The position numbers and the translations under genes are program-made. The notes beneath the pieces are model-generated. The model searched no databases. It had not been told where the DNA came from and saw only the letters and a list, made by a program, of their open reading frames with translations. Positions 50,851 through 64,000 of a stretch of 64,000 bases of DNA are shown in pieces; positions within the stretch are counted from its first letter, which is position 1; every line of letters starts with the position of its first letter. Source of the DNA: Camelus dromedarius (lineage: Eukaryota); the NCBI RefSeq assembly GCF_036321535.1, contig NC_087437.1, forward strand, positions 59,956,001 to 60,020,000. The letters run 5' to 3'.

Positions 50851-52328
50851 AAAGAATGAAGTCTGGAGAGTATAAAGTAAAAATAGAGATTTATACTTTT
50901 TACTACTTATACTTCTAGATTGTTTCAGTATTTTCAATGACTATATGTTTTTAAATAATTTTAAAAGCTAATAAAGGGGGAAAAGAAATAAGTTCAGACA
51001 TCACCTTCTCAGGAGGTAGGTCCTCTTGGAACCTTTTCCCTACCCACTCAGGCTGGATTACATACAGCACCTCTAGCATATCTCTATTACGGTCCACTTC
51101 TCTCACTAGCCTAAGCTCCCACAGCTGTACAGACACTCAAAATGTTTGCTGGGTCAAGAAAGAAACACCACAATTATTTACTCTGTCAGAAACTTTCTTC
51201 ATTTATACTTTTAACCTTCATTTAATTTAGCTTGACTCAACCTTCAACTTCAAAAAAATTAGTTGAAATGACTAGTTTAAAATTTGATTTATCATTGGTT
51301 TCTACTGAATATATTGTTTGACAGAAACTTCATGTACATTCTTCGATCTTATTTCAATGTCCAATTCTACTAATTTATGAAACACTTTTAAACACCATTT
51401 TTTTAAAGAGAGCTGAGAGTTCATGTACCAAAATAAGAGGGAAAATGTGTTTTGTCTATCATTTTAAGATAAAACACTTTGTAATCACATATTCAAAGAA
51501 TCTGAAATTTTATCAGGGAGGTTCTTCAATTCAACATCTCACCTTCTCTTAAAAAAAAACAAAAAACAAAAAACAACTCTGTCCTTGATCACCTACAATG
51601 TGAGTGAAAATTTGTAGCAATAAGTAAGTTGCTAGTGTCTAAGGCAGCCTGGTTAAGTGCTGAATATTCCTTAGTATAAAAAGAAAAGTATATAGAAACA
51701 GCACGGTCTCGGTTCAAACTCTGCCCTACCACTCACTTACCTAAGCCTAAGGTATTTTATCTAAGTTTTCTCATCTGTAAACTGACTAAAGAAATACCTA
51801 TTTAAAAGAGTTGTAAAGGTTAAATGAGGGACTGCTCATATCACTGACTCTAATATATATGCACTACGACACAAGGAACACAATCAATGAGGGCTTCTTT
51901 CCGTTCTCTTCCCTGCATTTTGAGGTGGGTTCTGCCTCCCTACCTCTTCTATTCATGAATGCAAGAGAACCATCCTGGAATACATGTTTAATATGTAAAT
52001 GAATAAGTAAAACAATCCACACAACAATCCTTCAAATATTGGAAGATGGATATTATTCCTTTCTCAAATATTTATTGAGCATATAATTTTTACAAATGTT
52101 CAAGGCATCAAAGAGGACAATATTATAGACTCCTGCTCTCCATAGCTTAAAATTAAATGTTTTAATTATTAAAGTTACACACACATTAACATTGAAAGAA
52201 AACACATGATTAAATAGCAAGATAAGAAAAACATAAAATAATGTTAAAAGACGGCAAAATAAAGGGGAAAGAAACAGAAGACAGTCAACAAAATCCCACA
52301 GGATTAGTATGAGCAGGGTTAGTATGAG

Positions 52329-52670
52329 CAGGAGTCAGCAAATGACAGCCTGTCAGGCAAGTCAGGCCCATAGCCTGTTTTTGCACAGTCCATGAACTAA
52401 AAATTGTTTTTATACTTTTAGATGGTTGAAAGAAATCAAAAGGAGAATAATGTTTGATGATACATGAAAATTACATGAAAATCAAATTCCTGTGTCCATC
52501 GATAAAGTTTTATGGAAACACAATCAAGCTCATCCATTTACATTTTGTCTAAGTCAGCTTTCACGCTCTCATGACAGAGTTGAGTAGCTGGAAGAAAGAC
52601 CATATGGCCTACAAAGCTTAAAATATTTACTACTATCTGGCCCTTTATGGGAAAAGTTTACTGGCTCCTT
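52329..52670. mobile_element. MER58B-like hAT element
   Basis: caggagtcagcaaa terminus; internal sequence homologous to 16516..16850. Confidence 0.82.
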
Positions 52671-53838
52671 ATTATGAATACCAAATATTAACATAGATGA
52701 AAATACTTTTTCATATATGAATTACATACAAGAAAATAATCTTTAGGACTCAGCTCTGGTTGGTTATACCCTAAGAAGTGGAGTAAGTTCAGATTTCAGG
52801 GAAAGAACCACTTTATTTTTAATAATAACATCTTTATTCTTTTATCTATTTATGCATCACAGTTTTTCATAATCAGCTCTAAAATAGTTAACCAAAAATA
52901 AAAACATAAAACTGGAACAGGAAAAAATCTAGCAGCAAGTATTAACACTGAGACACTTCTAATCACATGGTGATCACTTTTGGCTACAAATTAAATGAAG
53001 CTCTATGAAAAGCACAAAAATAGAACTCTCCCCATCAGGATAATTGCATACTCCTGGAAGAAATAAACTTTTAAACCACTGTCTTTATAAGATTATCCAT
53101 AAACATGGTAAGCTAAATAATATGTGTAACATGAGCATTACATTTTCTTTATAAAAGAAAAATATTTGAAAGAAACAGGAAGTGTGATAAAGAATTATTC
53201 TACCATCCACTTGAGATGCTTTAAAAAAAAACTGCTTCTACTTCAACTTTGGCAAAATGCTTAAAATGGAATTGATAATCTAAGACTAGGTCACAGGACA
53301 ATGCAATCTAAAATGCAACTATAGGATATTCAAGATCACTTATAAGCACATAAACATGATTAAATCTTTAAAGATGGATGTGAGGCTCTAAGTCATAACT
53401 ACCTCCTAAAGAATTATGAAAGAGATCAAATAAATACTCAAACTATAATGTACAGATTTTGAAACTAACACCTATGTTCCTTGTTTTATGTAATAGATGC
53501 ATTCCTTGAAGTCACGTATAAATGGAATAACCATTTAAACACTCAGAGGAGTTGCCTATATGACTATCATGACCTACCATCCCCAACCAACTCTTTCAGC
53601 TCAGCAGTTTTATCCACTGTGGGCACTGCTGGGCTATTCTTTATAAAGAAAGGACAATGACAGGATCAGGGATAGCCCACTGACCCAAGAGCAGCCCTAT
53701 AATTCGACAACTGGCAAAGCTAGATGACCAAAACTCCCCATATAATGAGATGCTTCCTCTGGGTTATTGACCAGAGAACACAGAGAGTACACACCCTGGA
53801 AACCTGCTTTTGAAAAAGAGAAATCCTTCAACAGATCA

Positions 53839-53980
53839 TTTTTTGTTTTGGTTTGGTTTTGGTTGGGGCAGGGGGTAGTAATTAGGTTTATTTATTTTTT
53901 AAGTGGAGGCACTGGGGACTGAACCCAGAACCTTGTGCATGCTATGTATGCACTCTACCACTGAGCTATACCCTCCCCCC
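53839..53980 (-). mobile_element. tRNA-derived SINE (Vic-1-like), same family as 5678..5864
   Basis: Minus strand GGGGAGGGTATAGCTCAGTGGTAGAGTGCAT...GGGTTCAGTCCCCAG...AAATAAACCTAATTAC and an A-rich tail. Confidence 0.88.
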
Positions 53981-56900
53981 TAATTTTGTAATGTGAATAG
54001 CCACATCTTATTTTGTTCAGTAAGTTCTGAGACCTTTATAGTTGAGACTCTGTAACATCTTTTTATATTGAGAGACAATGGAATGGGGTTTTAAAAAAAA
54101 CTTCCTGTTTTGAATCCGTATTTCACTTCTTACTAGCCATGTAATATTGAATAACTTCTTTGTGTTTCGATTCAGTTTAGGAAACACAGATAACAATAAC
54201 AGTATCTCCTATAGAGATGTATGACATTAAATTTTAAAATACATATAAAAACCTTAGCACAGTGCCTGATAGTAAGTAAGCAATTAATATCAGCTATAAT
54301 TATCTATAGTTTCAAAATACACAATCTCTTTTCATGTTCATTTTACAGGGCAAAAAGGGAAGAAAACAATAAGATTAAGTTATCACATACTTCCAACAAG
54401 AATTTAAAGTGGTTTAAAAGGAAGCAAAAAAAAAGTTACAATCAGCCTATGATCAGAAGATAAAACAGCACGTCCAAACTGCTTTAAGAGAAAACACTTC
54501 AACACCTTTGTTCTCTTACAAAAATTATATGTCAAATACACACTGGAGTCTTCTAATTTCTTCATAACTTCAATCTAGCCACAGGGCTATATATGATAAA
54601 GTATTATTAAAAATCCACTAGGTTTTCCAGGGTTATCAAGGTCGATTCTGTCTGACTCCTTTAAGAGACTACAAACAGAGGAGAACCAACACTGCAACCA
54701 GCACCACAGGGAGTGAAGGCTCTGAATGTATATTTATTACACAATAATAAGCCACTTTTAAATTAAAAGGACATTCTCCAAATATTATGTTAGAAATGTT
54801 GTAACTGTTCCTATTCGCTCAGATTGGTCTACTAATACTAAGCAAATCTGGTAAGATCCAATCCTATGATAGAAAATAAAATAGTGGAAAGACAGACTAG
54901 AAATGGAAACCAAAATTTTAGTCTCTCTACCCTGAAAAGATCATTTAATCTCTTCAGACCTCAGTTCTCTCATCCATAAAAAGTGAGGAATGGACTGGAC
55001 CATCCTTAATATCACTTCCAGACCATCACATTCTATTATTCTGGAATAAGCATTCAAAGGAAAACTAGAACCTGGATTCGATTATCTTATCTCAAGCAAG
55101 ATTTCTTTCAGGCCTGCACTTGTGCTTTCAACAGTTAGAGAAAAAAAAGAGCATATAAGCCCTGAAAAGCCTCATCAAATTTGTATTATTAAGTTTCATT
55201 CGTCCCTTTCAAAAGTCTCCCCTACATACTTCTTAAAAGACAAGATGATGAACATAGGTGAAAATAGTGAATTTTTTTTAGGTTTTTTTGTTCAGCTTAA
55301 CATTTCAGGGGAAAAATTACATCTTCTGTCCACACATTCTTAGTGAGCTCCATTACATTTCATTTTTAAAGATTATAAACATTATTTTGCCATTTCTCAG
55401 AGAAAAAAAGGAACTTTTTTAAAAGGTTGTTAAAGGAACATGTACCTCCCTCCTCTCCTCTCAAGTTCTCCCCTGTCGATACACAGCATCCCAAGTAAAA
55501 TCACTGGGGCCAGAGTGCAATGGAAAAGGCAACCAAACTACACCCCAAGGTCCAGATGCAACCTCTAGGTCCAAGTGAATGAACACCACACTCTCAAGTC
55601 ATTACTAAGGTGTCAATAACCCTATGAGTCAAAGGTCATCATAAAAAAAGGTAACTGTTAAAATATTATCCGGATCATCTTACATAGAAAATAGGGGGTG
55701 GGAGAAGGGGAGATGTACAGGATCTTCCGATGCTAGGGCTCCAGATTCCCTTCTTAACAGAAGTGTGGCTTCAGTAGTCACTCCCAGAATTTGCTCTGCA
55801 TAAAAGATAGGAACTACACACAAAGTTATTTTTTTACCATGTGCAGTGGCAAATATTCACTATTTACAGGCAACTAGTCTAAGGAAATACTAGTAATGTT
55901 TTATTTTGATCAGATAGGAAATTATTTTATATGTTTCCCTCACAAAAAATCAATACTAGTTTAGAAAGCTGTTATTTCCATTTCACCCTTCTCCTCTAAC
56001 AGACTGAATTTCTTGTCCAGGTATTTAGCACATTCAAGCAAGTGAAATGGCACTATAATTACAGTAGGAGTTAACAGCTTTCTACTGTGCCACAGAAGAA
56101 AGTGGTGGAAGAAGAGATGACCTATCTATTATGTTGGGATCACTAAGTGATACATGACTGGTTAACAGTCTCTTCCAGTTTTCACAATGGAGGATGTAAA
56201 GCTAGAATGAAAGCATCTAAAGAAGGGTAAAGTCACTTCCATGAGAGCAAAAAAAGAGGATTAAGGAAAAAAAAATCCTATAAATTTACAGACTATATAA
56301 TGTTGCCTTCAACTGGGCCCAAATAAATAAAAGCTTAAGATGAAAAGTATTTCTGTTTTGAAATCACAAAAAACTCAGCCAGGTCTACTTAAAGAAAAAT
56401 CTTTTTTAAGTTGACTTTGTACAAAGTTAATCCAGTCCCAAGAACTTTTATCACTGTAGTAGATTTTGACATAATAGGAAGATAAAGCAGTTACTATTAC
56501 TGTTTAGAGGACTAAAATCAAATGTTCGATCAAAGCAGTTAAACTGCAATGCTTTCCATAGCAGTGAAGTGTCACAGGCAATACCTGTAGGGAGAAGAAG
56601 CTCTGTAACCTTCATGGTTCATACTAGAGGGGAGAGATTTCCGTGAGAAAAGAACACTGTGTCTAATAATACTGTCAGGATGACCAAGGATTTCAAATAA
56701 GATGAGACTATCAGCAGACTCAAAATGAGAGAAAGAAGCAAGATGCTAGGACATCTAAGATGAGGCCCAGATTGTCAAACACAAGCAGAGACCTGCCATA
56801 CTCCCCCTTTCAAGGCTGTTTCCCAATTACCGTTTTCAGGAACTGGAAGTGGTACTTAAGTAACTGGATATCCTGCAAATCAGAGCAGATATGTAAGGTA

Positions 56901-58089
56901 ACTACATATTGGGCCTTCCTCTCCATGACACATCAGAGACAGTTGGACAAATCACATCAATTATTTTTCCAGATTCCTCCATTACAAAAAAATTCACTTT
57001 AATACATAATGACCATAAATTTTCCTTACATCTTCATTGTGTTTTACAATTAGCATGGCACCTTTGTTACATTAAGACTGTAAAATAGTAATAGGAAATT
57101 ATAAACAGAAAAAAATATTAAGAGGAAATAAGCAACAACCCTAGAATCTTGAATTGGAAGAAACCTTAGCAAGCTGCTGAAATGTCAGAACGGTTTAATG
57201 AAAGTAGAGCAGCTGTATTTAGAACAGCATTTCTCATAGTATTTTATCTCCACTAAAGCTCTACAATTTTACAAGATCTGTAAACAGGATGCAGAAGAAT
57301 ACAAATTTAAAAGCCTAATAAATAGGCTCAGGGTTAAGATGATGTTCACGCTATAAATAATCTTTGGATAGTAAACTTGTGACACTGAAGCTCCTTCAAC
57401 TCCTCAGTGGAATAAGCACCTCACCACCACTACATCCTCCACAAAGCGCCCTATGCTCACTTCAAACAGAGCACTTGTCACTTAAAATGATAATTTAATT
57501 ATTGGTCTAGATGCTAAACTCAGAGGCCTTGAGCAGAGACTATGATTCCTTTAGCTATATATCCCTAGTTCCATTAGCTACCAAGTAAAACATCTGTTTA
57601 CAAGATGGATAGATAGATGTAGCATTTAAAACAATTATGTAATCTGGGCCCAGGGCCACTCATGATGATTATTCCTGCATCTCAGTGTGCATGTTTTTAT
57701 GTGTAAATTTCCAATTTCAATTCCAATTCCAGACTTTAGTTATTCTAAACTGCCATGACCTCTCCAGTCTAACATAGGTGTTACTTTAAAAGTCTTCAGA
57801 GAAAATAAAAGAAAAAAAGAACATAAATAATTGCATAAACCTCAAAACTAGATTTACAATAAAATAAAAAAAGGGTTCTTTCCACATACAAAGATGAGTC
57901 TATATGCCTTTATCAAACTACTATGGTACCTATGAATTCTTTTAAGGTTGAGAGAAATAAGATTTTTTTAAAAATAAATAATACTCTAAAATGTAGAGTA
58001 ATATAGAATCTGGAAGGTGGCTTAAACTAAAGAGGATTTCTTCATGGACAGGATGTGGAGTGTGAGCACATGCATGCACGAGTACAGCA

Positions 58090-58625
58090 GTGAGCAGGTA
58101 GATGTGTAATCAAGAATGGATTCAACGTTTTTGGCTACAGCAGCCAAAAGGATAAAGTTACAACCGACTAACTGGAGAAGACTATGGGCAGAACAGGTTT
58201 GGATAGAAGCAATCTGGAGTTCAGTTTTAGACTTGACTCTGAAGTATTTATTAAATATACAAGTAGTGACATCAAACAGGTGGATGATTATGAATCTGGA
58301 TTTTAGAACTCTGAGCTGGGGGTATAAGTTTAGGAATCATAGGTATAGTACATATAGTCATGCCACTGGACATTATTAAACAAAAGAGAAGATAGAAAAG
58401 AGAATTAAGGACTGAGATCTGGGACACTCTGATACTAAAGATCAGGAGAACAAGGGGAAATATCAAAAGAAACTGAAAAGAAGCAACTAAATGAGTTAAG
58501 AGGGAAACCAAGAGAGTGTGGTATAGAAGGCAAGTGACAAAATGTATCAAGGAGGAAGGAGTGATCAACTATCTCAAAAGCTTCACAGAGCAAATAAGAT
58601 AAGGGTTGACAATAAACACCAAATT
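58090..58625 (-). mobile_element. LINE-2 RT fragment
   Basis: Minus ORF 58435..58671 contains AFEIVDHSFLLDT (L2 AAFDTVDH.LLL motif). Confidence 0.72.
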
Positions 58626-59294
58626 TAAGACAAGTCAAAATGGTTAGATAATAATTTTTTAAATGTTGCAAAACAATTCTTGCCTGATGTTCTGATGAAC
58701 CAAGGGTGTGCTCCTACAGAGGGATTAATTTAATATTTTAAAATAGAAGTCTGGAAATTTTCTAGGAATATAAACCATCTGACTTTGAGAAAAAAATTTT
58801 TCCAATTAGAAACTCTAAAAATGCATATTAACAATAAACAAGGAAGACAAGCAGCTAGGTTCCCCACTACTCTTCTCCATTCTGAATCCCTTCCTAGAAA
58901 CTAAAGCTAATTAATTACATGAGAAAGAAACCTTCATATTCTTTCTCAGAAAGTCCAGGGCAAAAGTTCTTGCCACTCATAACATCAAACACAATCTAAC
59001 TCCTACAAATACAATGACTGCTGTTCTAACTCTCCTGGCTTTCTTGTCTTCCTATAAAATTAGGCTATATTGCACTCCAACTCTATGGTTCATTTTGATA
59101 CTCTTTGCTAATAAATTCTCAAAATTAAAAACAACACATATACACAAGACCAATAATTTAAAATTAATTTCATTAACTGCTTAGAGATGGATTAGAATTC
59201 TGTCCCACAAATTTGCTAATCTTGCCTTTCAGCAGTGAATAAAACTGGAAGTCTAGGTTATCTTTGTTTAAATAATCTAGCTACAACAACCTAT

Positions 59295-60035
59295 TTCTTT
59301 TTAACTGAAGTATAGTTGACTTACAATATTGTGTTAATTTCATGCGTACAGCAAAGTGATTCAGTTACACGTATTTTTTCAATCCTTTTCTATTCTAGAT
59401 TACAAGATATTGAACAGTTCCCTGTGCTAATGCAGTAAATTCTTGTTGTTTATCTATTTTATATATAGTGGTATGTAGCTGTTAATCTATTCTCCTCTAA
59501 TTTATCCCTCACCTTCCCATTTCATAACCATAGTTTGTTTTCTATGTCTGTGAGTCTATTTCTGTTTTATAAATAAGTTAATTTGTATTATTTTTTAGAT
59601 TCCACACATAAGTGATATATAATATTTCTCTCTGGTTGACTTTTCTCAGTATGATAATCTCCAGGTCCATTCATGTTGCTGCAAATGGCAATACTGCATT
59701 CTTTTTGATGGCTGAGTAATAGTCCACTGTGTGTATGTATATGTGTGTGTGTATATATATATATTTATTTATTTATCCATTCATCTGTTGATGGATACTT
59801 AGGCTGCTTCCATGTCTTGACTACCATAAATACTGCTGCTATGAACTCTGGGGTGTACTGTTTTGAATTAGAGTGTTTGTCTTTTCTAGATATGTGCCCA
59901 GGAGTGGGATTGCTGGATCATATGGTAAGTCTATTTTTAGTTTTTTAAGGAACTTCCATGCTGTTCTCCATAGTGGCTGCATCAATTTACATTCCCACCA
60001 GCAGTGTAGGAGGGTTCCCCTTTCTCCACACCCTC
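59295..60035 (-). mobile_element. 5'-truncated L1 3' end, sense to ACAP2
   Basis: Reverse complement of the L1 ORF2 end and 3'UTR seen at 26850-27645. Confidence 0.92.
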
Positions 60036-61842
60036 TCCTAGCTACAGTGATTTTAATGCAATCATATTAACTATATTGCTGAAGAGCCCAGAATCTTTAT
60101 ACCTCAAATTTTATTTTCTATCAGTAAGTCCTCATCCTCCTGTTTAACCATCCTTATACTCTAAAGAAGACCACACAATATAAGAGACTGTACAATTCTG
60201 GCAATTTGTGTATTTAAGCTGAGTATTTATTCATATACCATAGTTCATCATTAGCTCTAATCTGTTGATTTACAATGGCTACAATACAGTGGATGTTCAT
60301 TAAACACCCGATTGATCTATTGCACCTGAGTTACACATTCCTGGTGATACCTAATATTACCAACTAAATTAAAGGAAATGAGTCATTCTAAGACATCAAA
60401 CTAAGACTTAACTGAGAGAATAAACCAATACATATAATGATAATGTATTTACCTCCATAAAACTGCTAATGTAACACTTTCATGTAATGTACAAACCAAG
60501 ACACCGTATAAATTCAAGGTATTTTGTGTTTAACACAATTCAAGGGGAAAGAAACACAAACTACTATTTAAACTTTTACAGACTTATGGCTTGACATAAA
60601 TCTTACTTGTCTTACGGTGTAATCTATAGCCTATCTAAATCTGTGTTTAACAACTGATTTATAAAGGAATTCTATTTAAGTCTCAAAATAACTGCTGACA
60701 GGTCTATTTTTTGTATTCATTTAATGCCATAAGGAATGAAGATACATGTGTATCTAAAATTTAGAATATATAAAGGTGCCAGTAAGAAAGTCTCCTGGAA
60801 TACTGGTAACCACACTTATCTCTGACCAAATAACAAGCATGTCAAAATACGTACTCCTGGATCCTTATTCCACATTCTGACATAATCTTAATCTGCACAG
60901 TTGAAATACGTGTAATTTTTTAAAGTTTTTTATTTTTCATTTTTTGATGTTTGATCTAATTATTCATCAATCAGGAACTTGTCCTAAGGAAACAGTGAGG
61001 GTAACAAGAAAAAAGTTTATATACAAAGATGCTCAGTATTATATTTTTGAATAACAGCAAGAAATAAATAAAACTGGAAACAATCTAAATGACCCTCAAC
61101 TGAGAAATCTTTAATGAACTGTGGAATAGTCACAATCTGGAACACTGTTTACTAGTTCAGAATAATCAAGAACTCTGTATGTATTAACAAGCATAGATCA
61201 TTAAAACATATGGTAAGTATAGCTGAATCACTCTGCTATACACCTGAAACTAACACAACATTGTAAATCAACTATACTTCAATTCTTTTAAAAGTTAACA
61301 TTAAAAAAAAAACCCCACATACTGATGAGTAAAAAAGCAAGTTGAAAGATTATACACATATGATATGTATAAAGTAAAAGGTATGTGTAATTTTAATAAG
61401 CTCCCAAGCGACTAACACAGTCAGCCAAAGGAAATCACCACCTTCAAGGGCAAAAACAGAAGTACACTGTAACACAGAATATTTATATATTTTATATAAA
61501 ATATATAACACATATATATTTTATAATAAAAAGAAATCATATGTATGTTAATGCATTGGGAACAGAAGTTATCCTTAGTCTCAAAATTCTAGGACTAACC
61601 TAAACTATTATTGTTTCCAACATTGATGAAGAAAAGTAAAAAGCATGTTTCTTAAGGAAACAGCTCAACACTAAATGGTTGTACTTATTGTACAGACATG
61701 TGACTGTGTTATATTCTGATGAAGCTATAATATTTAAACCTACAAGAATAAAACCACACTCTTTTAAGGGACAAGGGCTCTCCCTTCAAGGCAACTGTTA
61801 AGGGAGCACCCATCATCTGGATACACTAGGAGCAAATACTGC

Positions 61843-62280
61843 AGTGTCCATCAACAAATGGATAAGCAAAATGTGGAATGTACTGACAATGGAATATTAT
61901 CCAGCTTTAAAAAGGAAAGAAATTATGACCCATGCTATGACATGGATGAAACCTGGGGACATTATGTTAAATGAAATAAGCTAGATACATTAAAAAAAAT
62001 TATTCTATGATTCCACTTACGTGAGACTCTTGGAGTAGTCAAAACCATAGAGACAGAAAGTAAAATGGTAGTTTCCAGGGACTGAGGGGAGGAGGAAATG
62101 GGGAGTTATTATTTAATGGGTACAGCATTTCATTTTTGGAAGATGAAAAGAATTCTGGAGATGGATAGTGATAACAGTTGCACAACAATATAAATGTATT
62201 TAATACCACTGACATGAACACTTTAAAATGGTTAAGATAGTACATTTTATGCTACATGTGTTTTACCACCATAAAAAAAT
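61843..62280 (+). mobile_element. L1MB-like 3'UTR
   Basis: gtgtccatcaacaaatggataagcaaaatgtgg...ttttaccaccataaaaaaa. Confidence 0.85.
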
Positions 62281-63404
62281 TGGAAGAAAATAAATTAAAA
62301 GAATTTCTTCACATCAAAAGACATATACACTTTATTTAGCTTTTTCTTTGGTAATCTGTAATCTATAATCTGTTGCCTGTGACTGGCATATTCCTAGTAG
62401 TAACCAATTCCAAATTTCTAGGCCACATCATTGAGAAATTTACAAATAATTAATGTAGTTATGTTGCATTAAAATTCGTAATGGATGCCAAAATTTGTTT
62501 TAAAGCTGAGTCTTGTAAAGGATTACATCACATACCACAGAGACCTGATGACCAACCACTTAAAAATCTATAGTTGACTTAAAAATAAGGACTAGCATAC
62601 TCAATTAAGGTAGCATAACTTGCTGCTCAGAATATGAAATTTGAAATTCTGAGTAGTAGTTAGTATTGAGCAGAGATTTAAGCCCTTTTGAGCTGTAAGA
62701 AGTCACTGTAAAATCAATCTTGCAGACAGCAACAAATTAAGGCCATAAGAACTGTCTTTGAAATCAGCAGTTAACTTTTTTAAGCTTTGTATAGTAAATA
62801 TAAGTAATTTTTTATTTATTCAAAAATATTCCTTCAGCATTTATTGGGTGCCAGACACTACACAAGGGACTTACGCTACAGCAGTAAACAAAACAATGCT
62901 CTCATGGAATCTAAGTGGGATTAAGACAATAAAGACATTTAAATGGGATGAAGACAATTAGTAAAAATATATATATAAACAAATATGTACACATATTATC
63001 AGGCTTTTTTTTAAAAAAAAAGCAGAATAAGAGGATACAGAGTGATGGAAGGAGATTCAATTATAAATATTTAAGAAAAAATATTCAGGGCTGAAATAGG
63101 CTGAAATATACTGAGGAATGGAAAGAAACTGCTTCAGCAACATAAACAGTAAAGAAACAGCTGAATAAATATGATTTTTATTATATTCCATAGAGGGGAG
63201 TTTTACATATATTTAAATTTAGAACTTAAAGGGCTCAAACTTTGTTCTTTTTGTAGCTAGCTTTGGTTGGAATTTATTGATTTAAACTTTTATTGATTCT
63301 GCCTTATTTTATTTGGTGGGCTACACCACAGTCCAGATTTCTTAAGTTAGAACACTAATCAATTAATTAGAAAAATGCCTGCCATTTATTTAAAAGTAAA
63401 TACT

Positions 63405-63980
63405 GAAGAGAATAAAAAGACAAACCATAGGCCAGAAGAAAATATTTGCAACATGCTTATCTGATAAAAGACTATTATTTAAAATATACAATGAACTCTT
63501 AAAACTCAATGAGTTAAACAATAACATACTACTGTATAGCACAAAGAACTATATTCAATAGTTTGTAACAACTTATAATAAAAAAGAGTATATATATATG
63601 TATATATAACTGAATCACTATACTGTACACCAGAAACTAACACAACATTGTAAATCAACTATACATCAATAAATAAAATAAAAATAAATAATAGGGGAAA
63701 CAGCATAAGAGAATGAAGGCAAGAGGGAGGGGAAGTGTATGAGAACTCTGCTTTCTGCTCAGATTTTCTGTACACCTAAAACTGCTCTAAAAATAAATGT
63801 ATTAATTCTTTTATTATTTAAAAAAAAACTCAACAATGAGCAAACAAACAACTTGATTAAAAACTGGGCCTAAGATCTGGACACCTCATTAAAGATAATA
63901 AACAGATGGCAAATAAACATATGAAAGATGCTCTGTATCATATATGATCAATAAAATGCAAATTAAAACAACAATGAGGG
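63405..63980 (+). mobile_element. Composite L1 region: old L1 ORF2 split by two L1 3' ends
   Basis: Host L1 is interrupted at aaaactcaatgag (63501) and resumes at aaaactcaacaatgag (~63825). Confidence 0.75.
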
Positions 63981-64000
63981 AGGAGGGACAAGATAGGGGT

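Noticed and set aside
51731..51750. TAG|GTAAGTGAGT donor-like motif
   Set aside because: Lies in a MIR remnant with no good upstream acceptor
52303..52332. Tandem ttagtatgagcagg duplication (a similar small one lies at ~18349-18375)
   Set aside because: Simple slippage duplications at or within old repeats; no sign of function
53900..53980. tRNA-like sequence with A and B boxes (also at ~5680-5755)
   Set aside because: Continues into a SINE-specific tail; SINE head rather than a tRNA gene
49215..64000. ACAP2 exon 1, promoter or CpG island
   Set aside because: No MKMTVDFEECLKDSPRF-coding sequence or CpG-rich tract seen; it lies beyond the window
1..64000. CRISPR arrays, operons or other prokaryotic systems
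   Set aside because: Sequence is mammalian intronic DNA with no regularly spaced repeat-spacer structure

Overview
AT-rich mammalian genomic DNA. Two tRNA-derived SINEs resemble the camelid Vic-1 family, so the source is probably a camelid (inference). The whole window lies inside ACAP2 (centaurin-beta-2, an Arf-GAP) on the minus strand. Coding exons 2-10 (804 nt, BAR domain and start of the PH domain) were each located with GT-AG boundaries and consistent phases. Exon 1 and exons 11 onward lie outside the window. The introns are filled with decayed L1, L2, MIR, MLT1 and hAT elements. Most listed ORFs are L1 ORF2 remnants or chance ORFs. The best signal is a 12-nt in-frame microexon (AALQ) in intron 9 with the UGC signature of SRRM4-type neural microexons. 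Within 800 nt of it lie a second candidate mini-exon and a sense-oriented U1 snRNA retrocopy with an altered 5' recognition sequence. Also seen: a ~3.3-kb hAT/Charlie transposase fossil, a perfect 30-bp palindrome, a duplicated donor at exon 4 and several nested insertions. No evidence of a wholly new gene system; the novelty candidates are splicing-regulatory.
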